Below are positions 50,665-63,375 of a stretch of DNA of 64,000 nucleotides, in pieces (position 1 is the first letter of the stretch; every line of letters starts with the position of its first letter). Below the pieces are notes generated by a model that was not told where the DNA came from, ran no database searches, and saw only the letters and a list, made by a program, of their open reading frames with translations. Location of the stretch: positions 143,177,680 to 143,241,679 of the forward strand of contig NC_092370.1 in NCBI RefSeq assembly GCF_030028105.1, given 5' to 3'. The DNA comes from Mobula birostris (lineage: Eukaryota). The translations under genes were made by a program, and so were the position numbers.

Positions 50665-53472
50665 CTGAGTGTGACCGGTAGTTCTGATGTAGCTGATATA
50701 TTTTGCTTGGCACTTTTACATGATACTGTTTCTTATTGCTTTGGCTAGAATCACGGGCATAATAAAACAGGGAACGCAGGTCACTAAAGCGGAAAGCCAC
50801 ACCCTTCATAATGCTCTGAGCTGTATCACCAGTAAGGAACATAGAATTTGGGTCATTGATGCACTTCATGAGGGTTGCAAGCTCTGCTTGTGTAAAATCC
50901 TGTATTTCATCACCATACAGTTCGTGAATGGACCACGGAAGTTCATCTAATTTGGACAGTCGCAAGGAAAGGCTGTACAACAAATCTTCCTCATCAAAGT
51001 ATCCGTATTGTGATTTTATTTGCTGGTACGTCTGAAAGAAGGAATAGATTTCTGTTCTGTCTTCACGGAAGTTTGGTGCTCTTTTTTTCCCCAGGTTAAT
51101 ATACTGTTCTTCTGTTAGACAGCCTTGAGGGCTATTTAAAGCCTCAACAGAACCTTTTAAGAAGGATTTGATCTCCTTCCACACCAAAGCAGGATTAAAC
51201 TGTGGTTTTCCTTTTATCATTTTGGGCCAAATATCACATGCAAATACTTCATAAGAAACAAAGATACGAGGATCAAATTCTTTGCTGTGATCCTCTACAG
51301 CCATTTGTTCATCATCTAGAAACTCTCCTTCATACTCTTCTTCTTCATCCTCACCATGCAAATCTGGTATTGTCATTTCTTCTTGAACAGACCACCCCAC
51401 AATGTTCCTTTTTAGACTGCCATCTTCATTCCGAGGGAAAAAGGGTTCTGGCAAGGATGCATCAATCAACAGCAACAATTGTTTAGAAGTCATGAATAGG
51501 GGGTAATTCTCATCATTAATATCCTGAAGTCTATAAAATGTGAGATCAGGAGGTTTGAAATGGTTTGTGGCTTTGGTGGATTTGGTAAGCTCAATAAAGT
51601 TTTTCAAGACTTCCTGACACAAGACGTGGTTTTTGGTGACAAAAATTTGATGCAAGTGCTCAAGTTGGTTGATAGCAGTATCATCTTCTGGCTCATCTTC
51701 ATGATGTGGTGTCAATTCACTGTCACAAGTAGTAAGTGATGCTTCATTCAGATGCAAATCACAATTTTGTGCATTACATTGAAAATCATTCTTCCCATTG
51801 GCGCAATCTGATGAGTCAATCACTGCTTCATCCTTTTCACTGTCAACCTGAGATTTCTTCTTAAGCCAAAGCTGTCGCACCAGCAGGGGACTGCCAACCT
51901 CTTCTACCTTCTTCCAGTAGAGCTGAAAATGTTTCCAAAGTCTGTACAGACAGCAAGTGGTCTTCCCAGTTCCACTTCGTCCAATGAGAATGATTGCTTC
52001 CAATGGTTTGGGGTCAAGGTCAATTATTGCATACTCCAATTCTCCCACTCTAAAAGGATATTCAACCCTGGATTCCAGATTAGTAATAATATTAAGAGCC
52101 ATATTAGTACTAAAGCTATGGAACTTCATTATGTTATATTCTGTCTCCACTGCACTGGCAGGTGGGAAGTATTCTGGTAGCTTTTCTTTCAGTTCTTTCC
52201 AATTGACATATTCTACAAAGATCAATGGGATCTTCTTTTGGGCATTTAAGTTTGAGGTAAACACAGCTTTGCTTATACCTTTAAGTTTCTTCCGGAGGCT
52301 GCAGGCTGCTCCGCGGTTGTATGAACTGGCAATTGCTGTCAAGGCTCGATCAACCTTATTGTGATCCAAGATAATATCCCAGATTCGAATGATCTCACTA
52401 TATATCCTTCCTGTGACTCGCTCCTGAGGATGGGAAGAAAGCTCTGATTCAAAGATCTTCTCTGGTTTTTCACTGCAGCGGGGTGAAAAGTCTACTGCAA
52501 GCTCCCATAGCATTCGTGCCCCTTTGTCAAGTTTGGCTTCGTAAAGTTTGATGGGGCTTTTCAGGTACTTGAGTGGTTTCTGGAGGCTTTGTGTCCATTC
52601 TCCATTACCAAGTTGTTGAATCGCTTTTATAGTTTTCGTCTTCATGTGCTGAGGTACATCTCTAGAGCCAAGCTTCTTCAGTACTTCCGATGTGCATTCA
52701 ATCTCCCACGTCATATTATCAAAATCCAGGTCCTGTAAATTGGTCACTTCTTCTGGTATCAGGTTTTGATGCTCTATATCACCAGCCCCATTCAACATTA
52801 CAGCTTCAACATTAGCAGCATTTTGATAAAAGTCTGCTTTGAGAACTTCAGACTTAGCCTGAGTTGCGTCACTCAGCTGGCCATCAGAAAGGGGCATTTT
52901 TAAAGGGTGTTCTTCTGTTGTTGTCTCAATGACATGAAATTGTTGAATCAATTTTGCAATTTCATTTGCAACAATTTGCTGAGTAGATAAAACATGCTCT
53001 TCATTCAATAACTTTAATGATGGTCCTTCTACTGCTTGAGAACTGTCACTATTAAGATCACACTCCTGAGACTGTAGAGCGCATGGTATTTCTGTTGTCT
53101 GATGAGAGGGGCACTTAACATGCATTACATTTTTCATACTCTTTGATGTCCGTGCCTTCTGGTTTTGGTCATTTTGTTCTCTTTTCTTTCGATAACGTGA
53201 TTTCACTTTATTCCACACAATCATCCGCTGGTCATCTTTCTTAATTTTGTAGGAAAATAGCTGCCCATCCTTGTTTTTCACCCTGTCATTGATTTCAAAC
53301 TTGGTTATCATATCCATTATTTCCTCATGGTTTTTTGAAAAGGATTTCTGAAACATGATGTGCAACACAGTATTTCCATTCTTATCTTGAGAGCTGGCAT
53401 TGAGGTTTGGGGAGCTTGATTCAGAGTTGTAGTTCTCCAACAGATATTTCAATATGTGCAAGCCAAACTCAT
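50665..53472 (-). CDS. TRANK1: TRANK1-like, large 2808-bp exon: ankyrin-like repeat, RelE-like segment, SF1/UvrD helicase N-terminal half (motifs I-IV)
   Basis: 942-aa ORF. Acceptor ttctatttgcAG|AT GAG TTT GGC; donor CAC TCA G|GTaatg (phase 1-1). Ankyrin-like QDKNGNTVLH, Walker A GRSGTGKTT (51956-51982), Walker B DEIQD (50897-50911), GDTAQSI, LHQNYRSH. Recognised from memory as similar to vertebrate TRANK1; orthologue versus paralogue not tested. Confidence 0.95.
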
Positions 53473-53976
53473 CTGCAAATAGAACAGAAAATCAAAACTA
53501 CTTTAAACTTAAATACTGATATAGCCTAGAATGAAGCAGAAGTTTTTACCACAAAATCTACAACAATTTCAATACAAGATATCTGGCCTAAATCCACTCT
53601 CCAACTCTTGCTTTGTATAATTAATTTGGTAGAGGTTTCTTGCAGTCTGATGACAATGAAACTGCTAGCATTCCTAATCATTACCGCACGATTTTCAAGT
53701 GTGCACTTTCCATGGACGGTAATATGAACTTAGAAATACCTGTTTACCAATTGCAACAGGTCTAAGACGACGTGCATCTTGTAGAGTTCAGTGTAAATAG
53801 GAACTTCAATAAAGCCTACAATTATTCCTCATTCATCATTAAGAATTGTGTCTTTCCTCTTTGATTTGAATAAAAGGAGATAAAAGCTGCAGGTGCCTTC
53901 CGTAACAATCCACTAATTTAAAAGTACTTTTAGACAGATGCTTACACTGCCTTGTAACCTTAAATGTTTCTAAGTA

Positions 53977-56820
53977 TATAACCATATAACAATTTCAGCA
54001 CGGAAACAGGCCATCTCGGTCATTCTAGTCCGTGCTGAACTCTTACTCTCACCTAGTCCCACCGACCTGCACTCAGCCCATAACCCTCCATTCCTTTCCT
54101 CTCCATATATCTATCCAATTTAACTTTAAACGACAACATTGAACCTGCCTCAACCACTTCTGCTGGAAGCTCGTTCCACACAGCTACCACTCTCTGAGTA
54201 AAGTTCCCCCTCATGTTACCCCTAAACTTTTCCCCATTAACTCTCAACTCATGTCCTCTTGTTTGAATCTCCCTCATTCTCAATGGAAAAAGCCTATCCA
54301 CGTCAACTCTATCAATCCCCCTCATAATTTTAAATACCTCTACCAAGTCCCCCCCTCAACCTTCTACGCTCCAAAGAATAAAGACCTAACTTGTTCAACC
54401 TTTCTCTGTAACTTAGTAGATGAAACTCAGGCAACATTTTAGTAAACCTCCTCTGTACTCTCTCAATTTTATTGACATCTTTCCTATAATTCGGTGACCA
54501 GAACTGTACACAATACTCCAAATTTGGCCTTATACAATTTCAACATGACATCCCAACTCCTATACTCAATGCTCTGAATAAAGGCAGCATACCAAAAGCT
54601 TTCTTCACCATCCTATCCACATGAGATTCCACCTTCAGGGAACTATGCACCATTATTCCTAGATCCCTCTGTTCTACTGCATTCTTCAATGCCCTACCAT
54701 TTACCATGTAAGTCCTATTTTGATTAGTCCTACCAAAATGTAACACCTCACATTTATCAGCATTAAACTCCATCTGCCATCTTTCAGCCCACTCTTCTAA
54801 CTGACCTAAATCTCTCTGCAAGCTTTGAAAACCTACCTCATCATCCACAACGCCACCTATCTTAGTATCATCTGCATCCTTACTAATCTAATTTACCACC
54901 CCATCATCCAGATCATTAATATATATTACAAACAACATTGGACCCAGTACAGATCCCTGAAGCACACTGCTACACACCCTCCTCTAATCTGACACACAGT
55001 TATCCACCACTACTCTCTGGCGTCTCCCATCTAGCCACTGCTGAACCCATTTTACTACTTCCATATTAATGCCTAACGGTTGAACCTTCCTGACTAACCT
55101 TCCATGTGGAACCTTGTCAAAGGCCTTACTGAAGTCCATATAGACAACATCCACTGCTTTACCCTCGTCAACTTTCTTAGTACCTCATCAAAAAATTCAG
55201 TAAGATTTGTCAAACATGACCTTCCACGCACAAATCCATGTTGACTGATCCTAATCGGACTCTGTCTATCCAGATAATTATATGTACCATCTCTAAGAAT
55301 ACTTTCCATCAATTTACCCACCACTGACGTCAAACTCACAGGCCGATAATTGCTAGGTTTACTCTTAGAACCCTTTTTAAACAATGGAACCACATGAGCA
55401 ATACGCCAATCATCCCTGTTTCTAATGACATTTGAAATATTTCTGTCAAGAGCCCCTGCTACTTCTACACTAATTTCCCTCAAGGTCCTAAGGAATGTCT
55501 TGTCCGGACCCGGAGATCTATCCACTTTTATATTCCTTAAAAGCGCCAGTCCTTCCTCTTTTTTAATTGTCATACTTCCCATAACTACCCTTCTTGTTTC
55601 CTTTATCTTACACAATATCCTTCTCCTTAGTGAATACTGAAGAAAAGAAATTGTTCAAAATCTCCCCCATCTCTTTTGGCTCTGTACATAGCCGTCCACT
55701 CTGATTCTCCAAGGGACCAATTTTATCCCTCACTATCCTTTTGCCACTAACATAACTGTAGAAACCCTTTAGATTTATTTTCACCTTACTTGCCAAAGCA
55801 GCCTCGTATCTTCTTTTAGCTTTTCTAATTTCTTTGTTAAGATTCTTATTACATTCTTTATATTCCTCGAGTTCCTCATTAACTCCAAGCTGCCTATAAT
55901 TATTGAAGATCCCTCTCTTTTTCCGAACCAAGTTTCCAATATCCCTTGAAAACCATGGCTCTCTCAAACTTTTAACCTTTCCTTTCAACCTAACAGGAAC
56001 ATAAAGATTCTGAACCCTCAAAATTTCACCTTTAAATGACCTCCATTTCTCTATTACATCCTTCCCATAAAAGAAACTGTCCCAATCCACTCCTTCTAAA
56101 TCCTTTCGCATCTCCTCAAAGTTAGCCTTTCTCCAATCAAAAATCTCAATCCTAGGTCCAGTCCTATCCTTCTCCATAGTTACACTGAAACTAATGGTAT
56201 TGTGATCATTGGACCCAAAGTGCTCCCCAGCACATACCTCTGTCACCTGCCCTGTCTCATTCCCTAACAGGAGATCCAACACTGCCCCTTCTCTAGTTGG
56301 TACCTCTATGTATTGCTCCAAAAAACTATCCTGCACACATCTGACAAACTCCAAACCATCCAGCCCAGTCTATGTGGGAAAATTAAAATCTCCCACAATC
56401 ACAACCTTGTGCTTACTACAAGTATCTGCTATCTCCTTACAAATTTGCTCCTCCAGTTCTCAGTCCCCATTAGGTGGTCTATAATACACCCCTATAAGCA
56501 TCACAACACCTTTCCTATTCCACAATTCCACCCAAATAGCCTCCCTAGATGAGTCCACTAATCTATCCCGCCAAAGCAACGCTGTAATATTTTCTCTGAC
56601 AAGCAATGTAACACCTCCCCCTCTTGCCCCTCCTATCCTATCACACCTGAAGCAACAAAATCCTGGAATATTTAGTTGCCAATCACACCCCTACTGCAAC
56701 CACATTTCACTAATACCTACAACATCATATTTCCAGGTATCAATCCATGCTCTAAGCTCATCCGTCTTTCTTACAATGCTCCTAGCATTAAAATAGATGC
56801 ATTTAAGAAACTCTCCACCT
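53977..56820 (-). mobile_element. Longest CR1 in the window (about 2.8 kb; endonuclease, RT and 3'UTR with (TTATATGG)n tail), frameshifted
   Basis: ORFs 55608-56354 (LDLLL..GSNDH), 55094-55615, 54540-54848, 54330-54521 and 54053-54346; TAAGTA on both flanks. Confidence 0.92.
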
Positions 56821-59042
56821 ATAAGTACCTAAAAAATTTTGAAGCATCAAAATATTTTAGGACTAAATTTGAGTATTTTTCACATTTTTGAACAACTTTG
56901 TGGGGTTCTTTGTTTCTGAAAGTTTTAGAAACATTCCTACAAGCTCAAACAAGAAGAGCACTTCAAACAGATCAAGGAGTCTGGTTACATATTGAAAACT
57001 CTACGTTTGATGAGCAGGATTGTTTTGCCTATGTGAAGGAAGAGAAGGCCTGAGAGCTTTGCCATGCAGAAACCTCCCAGAAGTCTCCAGGATTTCTGCC
57101 AGGAGAGATCCTGAAGCAAATATCCTATTTTATGACATAGAGATCAATGGTGAAAATCAAATTTGCTCCAATATTTCTCTTTATCAAAGAGTACCAGCAA
57201 TAGGAACAGGATTGAGCTATCCAGCCCTTAAGTCATCATCAAGAACCATCAATGCCACTTCCAGAATAATCCCCACATTCACTGGTTCTCCAACGTTCTC
57301 TGTTTTGAATGAACAAAATGAATGAGTCTCTGCATCTCTTCAGGGCAAAGTATTCCAAAAGATCAGCACCCTTTGAGTAAAGAAGCCTTTCATCATTTCA
57401 GTCGCAAATGGCCTAGCCTTTACTTACAACCGTGCTCCCTGATCCTGAACTCTTTAGTTAGGCTGAATATCCTCTAGCCTATCAAAACCTGTAAGAAACT
57501 TTTACGTTTTGGTGAGATCATATGCTATTTTCCTAAACTCTGGAGAAATCTGTTTCAATCTGCAGCAAATCTGCCATGCCTGGAACCAATCCAGTACTTT
57601 CTTGAAAGCAAGTACATCTTTTCTTAGCAATCACACCGGTGCAATCTTTCCAAGTTTGCTTTTAGAACTTCTGTGGATACTATTTCAACAATTTATTTTG
57701 TAGATTAACACACAATGCTAAAAGGGCTTATTAAATGTTGTCTTTCAAATTTCTTAAGTTTGCATTTATTCATTATCTATCCAGTCACCAATGTAACTTC
57801 TCCAGAAAAATATTCTGTAATCTTGTAGATGTCTACCACATTCTCTTGTCCAGCTCCATCTCCAGCCATTTTATATAACAATCACCACATTAAAGACATT
57901 TTTATTAACATACTTTCCAACTTACATCCCTCCTGCAAGGGAGTACTTACAGTACACCAACAATTGCTTTATTTATTTCAAATAAGTTAAAAGCTATCTG
58001 GGTCAGTTATGCCTGGTCCTTCATGAAAATGTCTTTTCATCCAAATGCAAAGGGTTAAACATCCCAAAATAAATTAACAAAGCTCTCCAGATTGAGGAAG
58101 GCGTCCAATAACTCTATAACAAACTATTATCTTGATATTTAAAGAACACTCTTGATTTTATGCTCATTGTATTTTTTTTCTCTAAGTTAGCCATGAGTTT
58201 ACAAACAAAATAAAATAGTTAAAATTTAATGTAAGTTGCTGTTTAAAAAACATATCAAAAGTTTTGAGTGTAATTAACTTCCTTAAAGGAGAAAGTGTCA
58301 CTATTAGGACAAAAGCCCTCAAATTCCATTACTGGTGGAGCACAAGAAGAAATCTAATGAAAACAGTGGATCGCTAAATGTGGTTCACTTTAGAAATCCA
58401 GTAAAAATGAAATGTAAAAGGATGCAATGTTGAAATAATGGAAATAAATATGCCTTGTTTGCAAAATTAAGAAGACTTAAAATAATTCAAATGTTCATAC
58501 AAAAGTTTAAAAACTCATTTAATTCAGAAATTTGGTGGCAGTTCAGTAGCACAGCAACTAGCTTAACAGTGTCACAGCACCAGCAACCCAGGTTCAATTC
58601 TGCCACTTTCTGTAAGGAGTTTGTATGTTCTCCATATGTTTGCGTGGGTTTCCCCCAGGTGTTCCAGTTTCCTGCCATGTTCTAAATATGTATGGGTTAG
58701 TAGGCAAATTGGTCACATAGGTGTAATTGGGATTGGGCTTGTTACTGTTGAAAATAAAAATTCTGTCAAGAAGATGAGTGACATGAGCGGTGATGTCTTC
58801 AACAACATACGCATCAGCAGAAAGGAGGCAATGGCAGCCTTAACAATCATGAAGATGGATAAATCCCTAGGACTTGGCTTGGTGCATTCTCAGAACTAGT
58901 GGTAAGCTTGAGAAGAAATTGCAGAGGTTGCAACAGAGAATTTGTTTCATCTTTCACCTCAGGTGTGGTTCCAGAGAACTGGAAAGCGGCTAATGGGGGA
59001 CCATTGTTTAAAAAAGGTAGCAAAAAAAAAGTAAGGAAACTA

Positions 59043-60626
59043 CAGTACTGTGCAAAAGTCTTAGGCACCCAAGATTTTTATATACAGTTTGTTTTAGATG
59101 GGTTTTTTTGTCTTCTGTATTAATGTGTCAGTAGGAAGAGCAGATTTTAGATTGCCATTCATTTTCCAAAAATTTAAATGTTACAGTGAAATTTTTATAT
59201 TTCATTAAAGTAACATATTAAATCATTTTTCAAATAAAAATTTGATTACTTTGTCGGTCTATAACCCAGTGCACGATTAAACACAGAACAATCAGGTGCT
59301 AATGATCAATGACATGAGTCAAATGAACCAAACTGATTAACTGAAATGGAAATGGGTGTAGAAGGAATCAACCTGGGCAAAGGACAACCAAATTAAAAGG
59401 TGATGGTGTGGCAGATGTGACGGTTGTACTTTCCAATCTTCACTTCTTACGCCATGCAAGAGTGGGCATAGCAACACAAAGTGGTCATCTTGTACCAGCA
59501 AGGTCTCTCCCAAGCAGAAATTTCATGACAGAGAGGAATTTCAAGATGTGCTGTCCAAGCTCTTCTGAAGAAGCATGAAAGACATGAAATTGATGATCAC
59601 TGGATTCTCTAAACATATAAAAATAAAGAAATGGGCATGGTTGAGGACCAGAAACACAGTGGTTGGCCACAGAAACTGAGTGCAGTAGAAGAAAGATGCA
59701 TCAAACTGATGTCCCATCTAAATCAGAAGAGGTCCAGCAGAGCTACCAGCTCTGAACACACAGAAACCATTGGAACCCAAGTACATCTCTCGACAATCCA
59801 GAGAAGACTTGTCAGAAGTGGTCTTCATGGAAAAGTTGCCACCAGAAACCATTCCTTCAAAGTGGAACCAAACCCAAGAGACTCATCTATGCACAAAAAC
59901 ACAAGGACTGAAGGACTGAACAATTGCAGCAAATGCTCTGGATTGAAGAGCCAAAATTTGAAAACTTTGGCAGTTTGTCCATAGAAGAGCTGGAGAGTGC
60001 TGAATAGATAAGTGTCTGCAGCCAACTCACAGAGGTTCCCTGCAGGTCTGGAATTGCATTTCTGCAAATGGAGTGAGTGATCTGGTCAGAATGAATGGAA
60101 TCCTCAATGCTGAGAAGTACAAGCAGATTCTCATCCATCATCCAGGGAGGTGGCTGATCAGTCCCAACTTCATTCTGCAGCAGGACAATGACCCCAAACA
60201 CACTGCCAAGGTCAGAAAGAACTGTCTTCAGTGAAATAAAGAACAAGGAGCTCTGCAGTGGATGGTATGGCCTCCATAGAGCCTCGATCTCAACATTAGT
60301 GAGGCTGTCTGGGATTACCTGCACATACAGAAGCAAGCAACACAGCCAAAGTCTGCAGAGTAACTGTGGCAAGTTCTCCAAGGTGCTTGGATTAACCTAC
60401 CAGCTGATTTTCCTATAAAGCTGCACAACAGTGTACCTAAGAGAATTGATGCAGTATTAAAGGCAAATGATGGTGACACCAAATATTGATTTGATTTTAG
60501 TTCTTAGCTGTTTACTGTTCTTTTTTGCTTTTTTGATATTTAGAATCTTTTCATTTCTTTGTATTTGAAAGCATCTCCGTTTTACAGAATGTTTTTACAT
60601 GTACCTAAGATTTTTGCACAGTACTG
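59043..60626 (+). mobile_element. Full-length decayed Tc1-like DNA transposon, 1584 bp
   Basis: 26-bp TIRs CAGTACTGTGCAAAAGTCTTAGGCAC and GTACCTAAGATTTTTGCACAGTACTG; TA/TG flanks; transposase remnants GWPQKLS..STIQRRL..GLHG, LQQDNDPKHT, SLDLNISE. Confidence 0.92.
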
Positions 60627-60689
60627 TGCAGGACATTGAGTTTGACATTCATGGTGGGTAAATTACTGGAAGGGATTCTGAGAGCAGGG

Positions 60690-62150
60690 TGAGCTGCCAC
60701 AGAGACTATTACCAGGTAGCACTCACATCTACAGTGATGAAGGCTTGACAGAATGGTCATAGCTAAAATTAACTTCTACCAGAGGAAGGATCTGGATCCT
60801 GTGGAAATGTATCTGTATCCTTGAAGTTTATACGAATTTATAATCTTTGTAAATTGTATTGTGATAAAATGGAATCTCTATAATCCCAGAGTGCATTACT
60901 AACTTGCTGACGTAGCTAGATAAGAAGCTTGCAGGAGTACGTGACTTAGAGCACAGAGTGTCTGGACTTTGCACGATTAAAAGCAGAGAAACAAGACACA
61001 GTTGTTTTGGGGGTGGGAGGAACCTCGAGGACAAAGACAAATGGGCTCATGCAAGATAAATGTGAAATAAAACAGGATGCAGTTAAGGATGGAACGACCT
61101 CAAGGACATGAAGTTAATGATTACTAGACTCTTGTAAACATACAAAAATTATCTGTTTGAGCTGTAAGATTGAAGTTTTCTACCGACGACTTAACATACG
61201 GAGATGCAAATGATAAATGCCCTTATAAGTTGCTCCATGCCAAGTTTGTTGTTGTCTGTTACTGTTTATTAAAAAGACCTAGCTGAGCAGTACAGAACAA
61301 CCCACTACAATTTGCCTAATGCCACATCAGGTCTACAAAAGATGCAATCTTACTGGGTCTCCACTTAGCCTTGGGCTACCTGGACAGCAGCAATTTCTAC
61401 ATCAGGATGCCACTTATTGATTATAGCTCAGCATTCAATACCATCATGCCCTAAGTACTAAGCAGTAAGCTTCAAAACCTGGGCCTCCGTACCTCCTTCT
61501 GCAACTGGACTTCCTTATAGGAAGACCAGTCAGTGTGGATGGGAAGTAACGTCTGTTCCTCGCAGACAAATCAACTCAGGCACACTTCAAGGATCCGTGC
61601 TTAACTTACTACTCCACTCACGATTGTATGGCTAGGCACAGCTCAATCGCCACCTTTAAATTCGCTGAAGACACAACTGTTGTTGGCAGGATCTCAGATG
61701 TGTGATGAGGAGGTGAACACGAGTGAGATATATCAGCTGGTTGAGTGGTATCACAACAATAACCTTGCTCTCAGTGACAGTCAGACCAAGGATTTAACTG
61801 TGGACTTCAGGAAATGGAAAATCAAGGGAACACACACCAGTCCTCATCGAGGGACCAGCAGTGGAAACAATGAGCAGTTTTTAAGTTCCTGGGTGTCAGC
61901 ACCTCTAAAGATCTATCTTGGAAACAACTCTGATGCAATTATGAAGAAAGCACGCCAGCAGCTATACCTCTTTAGCAGCTTGAGGAGATTTGACATGTCA
62001 TCAAAAACTCTAGCAAGTTTCTACAGATCTTTCACCATTTGCTTGCATCACCACCTGGTACAGAGGTTCGAATGCATAGGAAAATAAAAAGCTGCAGAGG
62101 GCTGTAGACACACCCAGCTCCATCAAAGGCACTAGTCTCCTTACCACAGT
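60690..62150 (+). mobile_element. Rex1/Babar fragment hosting the solo LTR
   Basis: VALTSTVMK, LQFA, DYSSAFNTI, KFAEDTT. Confidence 0.78.
60800..61299 (+). mobile_element. Solo LTR, 500 bp
   Basis: TGT...ACA termini; ATCC/ACCC flanks; ATTAAA near 61268; splits a Rex1 D-P-LQFA sequence. Confidence 0.7.
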
Positions 62151-62152
62151 GG

Positions 62153-63375
62153 ACCATATAACCATATAACAATTACAGCACGGAAACAGGCCATCTCGGC
62201 CCTTCTAGTCCGTGCTGAACTCTTCCTCTCACCTAGTCTCACCAACCTGCACTCAGCCCATAACCCTCCATTCCTTTCCTGTCCATATATCTATCCAATT
62301 TAACTTTAAATAACAATATCAAACCTGCCTCAATCACTCCTACTGGAAGCTCGTTCCACACCGCTTCCACTCTCTGAGTAACGAAGTTCCCCCTCATGTT
62401 ACCCCTAAACTTTTGCCCTTTAACTCTCAACTCATGTCCTCTTGTTTGAATCTCCCCCACTCTCAATGGAAAAAGCCTATCCACATCAACTCTATCTATC
62501 CCCCTCAATTTTAAATACCTCTACCAAGTCCCCTCCTCAACCTTCTACGCTCCAAAGAATAAAGACTTAACTTGTTCAACCTTTCTCTGTAACTTAGATG
62601 AAACCCAGGCAACATTCTAGTAAATCTCCTTTGTACTCTCTCAATTTTGTTGACATCTTTCCTATAATTTAGAGACCAGAACTGTACACAATACTCCAAA
62701 TTTGGCCTTACCAATGCCTTGTACAATTTCAACATTACATCCCAACTCCTATACTCAATGCTCTGATTTATGAAGGCCAGCATACCATAAGCTTTCTTCA
62801 CCACCCTATCCACATGAGATTCCACCTTCAGGGAACTATGCACCATTATTCCTAGATCCCTCTGTTCTACTGCATTCTTCAATGCCCTACCATTTACCAT
62901 GTATGTCCTATTTTGATTAGTCCTACCAAAACGTAGCACCTCACATTTATCAGGACACAAGACATAGAAGCAGAATTTGGGCATTCAGCCTATCGAGCCT
63001 GCTCCGCTATATCATCATGGCTCATTTATTATCCCTTTTCATCCCCATTCTGCTGACTTCTCCCCATAACATTTGACACCCTGACTAATCAACAACCTAT
63101 CAACCTCTGCTTTAAATATACTCAATGACTTGGCCTTCCCAGCTATCTGTGGTAATGAATTCCACAGATTCACCACCCTTTGGCTAAAGAAATTCCTCCT
63201 CATCTCTGTTCTACTCTGAGGCTGTGCCCACTGGTCTTTGACTCACCAACTAGGGAAAACACCCTTTGCACATCCACTCTATCTAGCCCTTTCAATATTC
63301 GATAGGTTTCAATGAGACTCCCCCCCTCCCCCAAAAACCCCCCATTCTTCTAAACTCCAGCGAGTACAGGCCCAG
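62153..63375 (-). mobile_element. CR1 3' fragments; 62153-62955 is the same subfamily as 53977-54760
   Basis: ORFs 62239-62508 and 62511-62984 are nearly identical to 54053-54848. Confidence 0.88.

Noticed and set aside
50633-53461. 942-aa ORF as a stand-alone single-exon gene
   Set aside because: It starts at a TTG just inside a splice acceptor and reads through the donor at 50664. It is an internal exon.
53977-56820. Possible active autonomous CR1
   Set aside because: Multiple frameshifts, 5' truncation and no ORF1.
57940-58080. GTAAGT donor on the minus strand as a possible further upstream TRANK1 exon
   Set aside because: The required phase-1 frame hits a stop within 8 codons. No upstream exon was found in 53473-64000.
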